From assembly GCA_963845565.1 (NCBI GenBank), contig CAWJSJ010000001.1, forward strand, positions 1 through 64,000: a DNA stretch of 64,000 bases, in the 5' to 3' direction. This DNA comes from an uncultured Methylomirabilota bacterium. GTDB taxonomy: Bacteria > Methylomirabilota > Methylomirabilia > Methylomirabilales > 2-02-FULL-66-22. The notes below the pieces were generated by a model. That model did no database searches. It worked only from the letters and a program-made list of their open reading frames with translations, and had not been told where the DNA came from. Both the position numbers and the translations under genes were made by a program. Of this stretch, positions 60,722 to 64,000 are shown piece after piece (within the stretch, counting starts at the first letter, position 1; the number at the start of each line of letters is the position of its first letter).

Positions 60722-61876
60722 TCACACGCGAACTCGCTGGCCGGTTCGGGCGGCCTCGAGCAGGGCGTCGCACACCACCGCGTTCCGGTAGCCGTCCTGG
60801 AAGTCGGCCGCCAGCGGCGTCACCGCGCCTGGCCCGACGATCGCCCGGACCAGATGATACAACTGATGGACGAAGGTATGCTCCCATCCCAGGATGTGCC
60901 CCGGCGGCCACCAGCGGCCGCCGTAGGGGTGGTCCTGATCGGTGACGAGGACGGTCTTGAACCCCCGATCCCGCCGCTCCTTGACTTCCGTCTTGAACAC
61001 CTCCAGCTCGTTCAGGCGCTCCAGATTGAACCGCAGGCTTCCCCGGGTGCCGTTGGCCTCGACCGTCAGGTAGTTCTTCTGGCCCGGGCAGCAGCCCGAG
61101 GCCTCCAGCGTCCCCAGGGCGCCGCCGCTGAACTCCACCGCGCCGACGAAGCAGTCCTCGACGTCCACGGGTTTGGTCCGACGCGCGCCCGCCGTGACGG
61201 GGCGGCGCGGCACCACGATCCGGGACATTCCGCAGACGCTCCGATACTCCCCGACGAGAAAGCGGCCCAGATCCAGGGCGTGGGAGGCGAGATCCCCGAT
61301 CACGCCGCTGCCGGCGCGCCGCCCTTCCTGACGCCAGGTGTGCGCCGTCTTGGGATCGCTCAGACTGTCGTCGGTGTAGCGCATCCGGAAGTGGACGATG
61401 GCGCCCAGCTCGCCCGCCTGGATCATCTCCCGGGCGAGCCGCACGGCGGGAATGAACCGGTAGTTGAAGCTCACCTGGTGGACGAGGCCGCGGCGGCGGC
61501 GCACGGCATCCCAGATCTGCTTCGCCTCTCCGGCGTTGCGGCCGAGCGGCTTCTCGCAGAGCAGGTGCTTGCCGCTCGCGGCCGCGGTGAGGCACGGCTC
61601 CCGGTGCAGGTCGTTGGGGGAGCAATTGATGAGGAGGTCGATCTGGGGGTCCTCGGCCACGCGGCGCCAGTCGGTCGCCGCGTACGCGAAGCCGTAGCGG
61701 CGGGCCGCCTCGTCCACCCCGGCGGGGGAGCGCCCGGCGACGCCGACCAGCCGAAACTGGACCGGCGTCGGCCAGAAGATGTAGGGCACCTTCTTCAATG
61801 CGTTCAGATGAGCGCGGGCCACCCCCGCATACCCCAGGATTCCGATGCCCAGTGTGCGCGGTGTCCTCGTCGCCAT
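60722..61876 (-). CDS. Gfo/Idh/MocA-family oxidoreductase
   Basis: IGILGYAGVARAH, CSPNDLH, GKHLLCEKPL, SFNYRFIPA, GVIGDLASHALD, WWPPGHILGWEHTF. Confidence 0.92.
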   Translation of the reverse strand: MATRTPRTLGIGILGYAGVARAHLNALKKVPYIFWPTPVQFRLVGVAGRSPAGVDEAARRYGFAYAATDWRRVAEDPQIDLLINCSPNDLHREPCLTAAASGKHLLCEKPLGRNAGEAKQIWDAVRRRRGLVHQVSFNYRFIPAVRLAREMIQAGELGAIVHFRMRYTDDSLSDPKTAHTWRQEGRRAGSGVIGDLASHALDLGRFLVGEYRSVCGMSRIVVPRRPVTAGARRTKPVDVEDCFVGAVEFSGGALGTLEASGCCPGQKNYLTVEANGTRGSLRFNLERLNELEVFKTEVKERRDRGFKTVLVTDQDHPYGGRWWPPGHILGWEHTFVHQLYHLVRAIVGPGAVTPLAADFQDGYRNAVVCDALLEAARTGQRVRV

Positions 61877-62778
61877 CACGTCCTCCGCGGCCCGAGTGCC
61901 CGCGGTGCGAGCGCGGCGAGCAGCCGGCGGTGAATGTGGCCGTTGGTAGCCAGAATCGTCGATTGACTCAGGTCGAGGGCCCGTCCGGCTCCATCCGTCA
62001 CGCGGCCGCCCGCCTCCCGGACGAGGAGCGCGCCGGCGGCGATGTCCCACGCCTTGGCGCTTTGCTCCCAGTAGCCGTCCAGCCGGCCGGCGGCGACACC
62101 GGCCAGCGCAAATCCCGCGCCGAAGGTCTGGACGTTTCGGACCCGCAGGGCCAGCGCGGCGATCCGCTCGCGCAGCGGTCGGTTTCCCCAGACGGAATCG
62201 TCGTGCCACAAGGCGACGATGGTCTCCGCCAGGCGACGTCGCTGCGACACGGCAATCCGGCGGCCGTTCAGCCAGGCGCCGCGCCCGCGCTCGGCCACGA
62301 ACGACTCGCCGAGGCAGGGGACATACGTCACGCTCGACTCCAGGGTGCCCCGGCGCTCCAGGGCAATCAGCACCGAGAAGATGGGGAGGCCGGCCACGAA
62401 GCCGATGGTTCCGTCCAGCGGGTCCACGATCCAGCGGCCGTCTGGCCCCTCCGCCGCGCCCCCCTCCTCGCCGAGGAAGCCGATGCGGGGGAATTGGCGG
62501 TGGAGGAGCCGGCGGATGCACCGTTCCGCGGCGGCGTCCGCCTCGGTGACCGGGTCCTTGGCCGATTTGAGGCGGACAGCCCCGAACCGGCCGACGCGGG
62601 CGAGGAGCAGGTCGCCCGCCGCCTGGGCCGCGGCGATGGCCGCGCGAGTCTCCGGGGAGAATCGTGCTGCGGTTCGGCCGTGCGGCAGTTCGACGCTACC
62701 GGAACCTCCGTGCCGCCGAATCCCTGAACCGTCGAACCGTCGAACCATCGAATCGTCGAACGCCTCCGCGCCCCTCAT
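61876..62778 (-). CDS. Inositol monophosphatase (SuhB-like)
   Basis: DPVTEADAAAE, FLGEEG, WIVDPLDGT, VAAGRLDGYWE, WDIAAGALLVREAGG; start uncertain. Confidence 0.9.
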   Translation of the reverse strand: MRGAEAFDDSMVRRFDGSGIRRHGGSGSVELPHGRTAARFSPETRAAIAAAQAAGDLLLARVGRFGAVRLKSAKDPVTEADAAAERCIRRLLHRQFPRIGFLGEEGGAAEGPDGRWIVDPLDGTIGFVAGLPIFSVLIALERRGTLESSVTYVPCLGESFVAERGRGAWLNGRRIAVSQRRRLAETIVALWHDDSVWGNRPLRERIAALALRVRNVQTFGAGFALAGVAAGRLDGYWEQSAKAWDIAAGALLVREAGGRVTDGAGRALDLSQSTILATNGHIHRRLLAALAPRALGPRRT

Positions 62779-63854
62779 GCCAGCGGCCGCTTGATCGCGT
62801 GGAAGATCTTGTGGAGCAGGGCGACGTCCCCCTTGGCCTCTTCCGGGGTCGTGATGGGGGTCTTGCGCTGCGCGACGCACTCGGCGAAGTGGAGCATCTC
62901 CTCCTTGAACGCCTCTTTCATGGAGGCGGTGACGGTCTTCGCGAACGGCTTCCCGTCCTCCATGCCCTCCACGATGACCGGCGTGGGCATGTTGCGGAAG
63001 AACGGGGACGGAAAGACCATGCGGACCCGGCTTCCCCTTCCATAATAGGCCACCGTCTCTTCGTAGTTGGCCAGATCAGGCAGGTACTGGAGGCTCACCA
63101 TGGCGCGGACGCCGGAGGCGTACCGCAGGCAGGTGACCATCCCCTCGCCCCCGTGCCAGACGTCGGTGAACAGGACCTCCTCCGGGTCGCCGGAGAGCCC
63201 TCGGAGGACGTTGATGTCGTGGACCAGGGTGGACAAGAGGTTGTTGGCGAAGACGCGGCGCTCCAGCGGAGTGAAGTCGCCGATCACCTCCCGGATCAAG
63301 GCGTCCTGATCGGCCTGCAGCTTGGCACGGACGTCGGCGGGGACATCCAGGTACCGGCGGATGTCGTGGTGGCCGATCTGGTTGGGCTCGGAGGGGTGCA
63401 GGACCGTGATCTGAATGGCCTGCAGGTCCGTCATGCCCTGGATCAGCGGCCGGGCGTAGCGGAAGCCGGGGTCGTATCGCTTCATGTAGGTGATCATGCA
63501 GGTCGTGCCGGCCTGCTTGTGCGCGGCGAGAATCTCGTCCGCTTCGCGCAGGGTGAAACACATCGGCTTCTCGGCGAAGACGTGCTTGCCCGCCTTGAGC
63601 GCGTCCACGATCACCTTCCCGTGGGAGTCGGCGGACAGGACCACGACGGCATCCAGCGGCTCCTTCAGGAGATCCGCGTGGCTCATGAAACGCTTGTTGA
63701 CACCGTAGTACTCGCCGACGTACTTCAGCGTCCCGGGCGAGACGTCGCACAGGGCGACCAGATCGAAGAGGTCGTGCAGCTCTTTCAGGTGGGGCAAGTG
63801 CATCATCTGGCCGATCAGGCCACATCCGATGACTCCGACGCGCATGCGACTCAT
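62775..63854 (-). CDS. Gfo/Idh/MocA-family oxidoreductase
   Basis: RVGVIGCGLIG, GKHVFAEKPM, YMKRYDP, LVHDIN; GAAGGAG RBS and ATG at 63854. Confidence 0.92.
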   Translation of the reverse strand: MSRMRVGVIGCGLIGQMMHLPHLKELHDLFDLVALCDVSPGTLKYVGEYYGVNKRFMSHADLLKEPLDAVVVLSADSHGKVIVDALKAGKHVFAEKPMCFTLREADEILAAHKQAGTTCMITYMKRYDPGFRYARPLIQGMTDLQAIQITVLHPSEPNQIGHHDIRRYLDVPADVRAKLQADQDALIREVIGDFTPLERRVFANNLLSTLVHDINVLRGLSGDPEEVLFTDVWHGGEGMVTCLRYASGVRAMVSLQYLPDLANYEETVAYYGRGSRVRMVFPSPFFRNMPTPVIVEGMEDGKPFAKTVTASMKEAFKEEMLHFAECVAQRKTPITTPEEAKGDVALLHKIFHAIKRPLA

Positions 63855-63873
63855 GGTTTCTCCTTCACGTGAA

Positions 63874-63984
63874 CGGTTAAGCCGTTGCCAAAGAATAAAT
63901 CGAGCGGAGACATTCCGAAACGGCATAAGGAGCCGTAACGAAATAGAAAGAGATGTATAGGTTATTTCGTAACGGCTCCTAACC
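63874..63984. repeat. Duplicated upstream element with a 17-bp inverted repeat (copy 2)
   Basis: 63902-63984 is identical to 48597-48679; weaker similarity continues toward the start codon (CGGTTA..CGTTG.CAAAGAAT). Confidence 0.9.
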
Positions 63985-64000
63985 CCACAGCGCAAATCTT

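Noticed and set aside
1..64000. Taxonomic assignment, rRNA or tRNA genes
   Set aside because: No marker gene, rRNA or tRNA was recognised, so the lineage cannot be supported from this window.

Overview
GC-rich bacterial DNA in three parts. (1) Positions 1-32.7 kb hold the 3' end of a CapD/PglF-type polysaccharide-biosynthesis dehydratase fused to a receiver domain. Next come 11 co-oriented minus-strand genes for secreted proteins. Their N-terminal cargoes are unrelated: a CxxCH heme domain, an SBBP propeller, FG-GAP repeats, Gly-rich repeats, carboxypeptidase-regulatory-like repeats, a GH44 glucanase, HAF repeats, a matrixin protease, Fn3/InlB-like repeats and two unknown domains. Every one ends in 2-3 copies of the same ~95-aa Trp-rich, two-Cys, Fn3-like module (26 copies by my count). 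The array carries two intact and one degenerate c-di-GMP-I (GEMM-I) riboswitch with overlapping terminators, three sigma-54-like promoter motifs and a divergent REC-AraC regulator. This is the best candidate for an undescribed system: a c-di-GMP-controlled modular surface/matrix protein set with a shared C-terminal anchoring or sorting domain beside a polysaccharide locus. (2) Positions 32.7-45.3 kb hold a VapC/DUF104-type toxin-antitoxin pair between direct repeats, a giant teneurin-like RHS/YD protein with a His...NNC C-terminal tip and a downstream membrane protein, and a RAYT-type HUH transposase bounded by 26-bp inverted repeats. (3) Positions 45.7-64 kb hold TRAP, TTT and ABC transporters and a cyclitol/sugar-type catabolic operon; an identical 83-bp hairpin element precedes two of these operons. 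Many genes carry single-base frameshifts that are most likely sequencing or assembly errors. All family calls come from motif recognition only; no searches were run.
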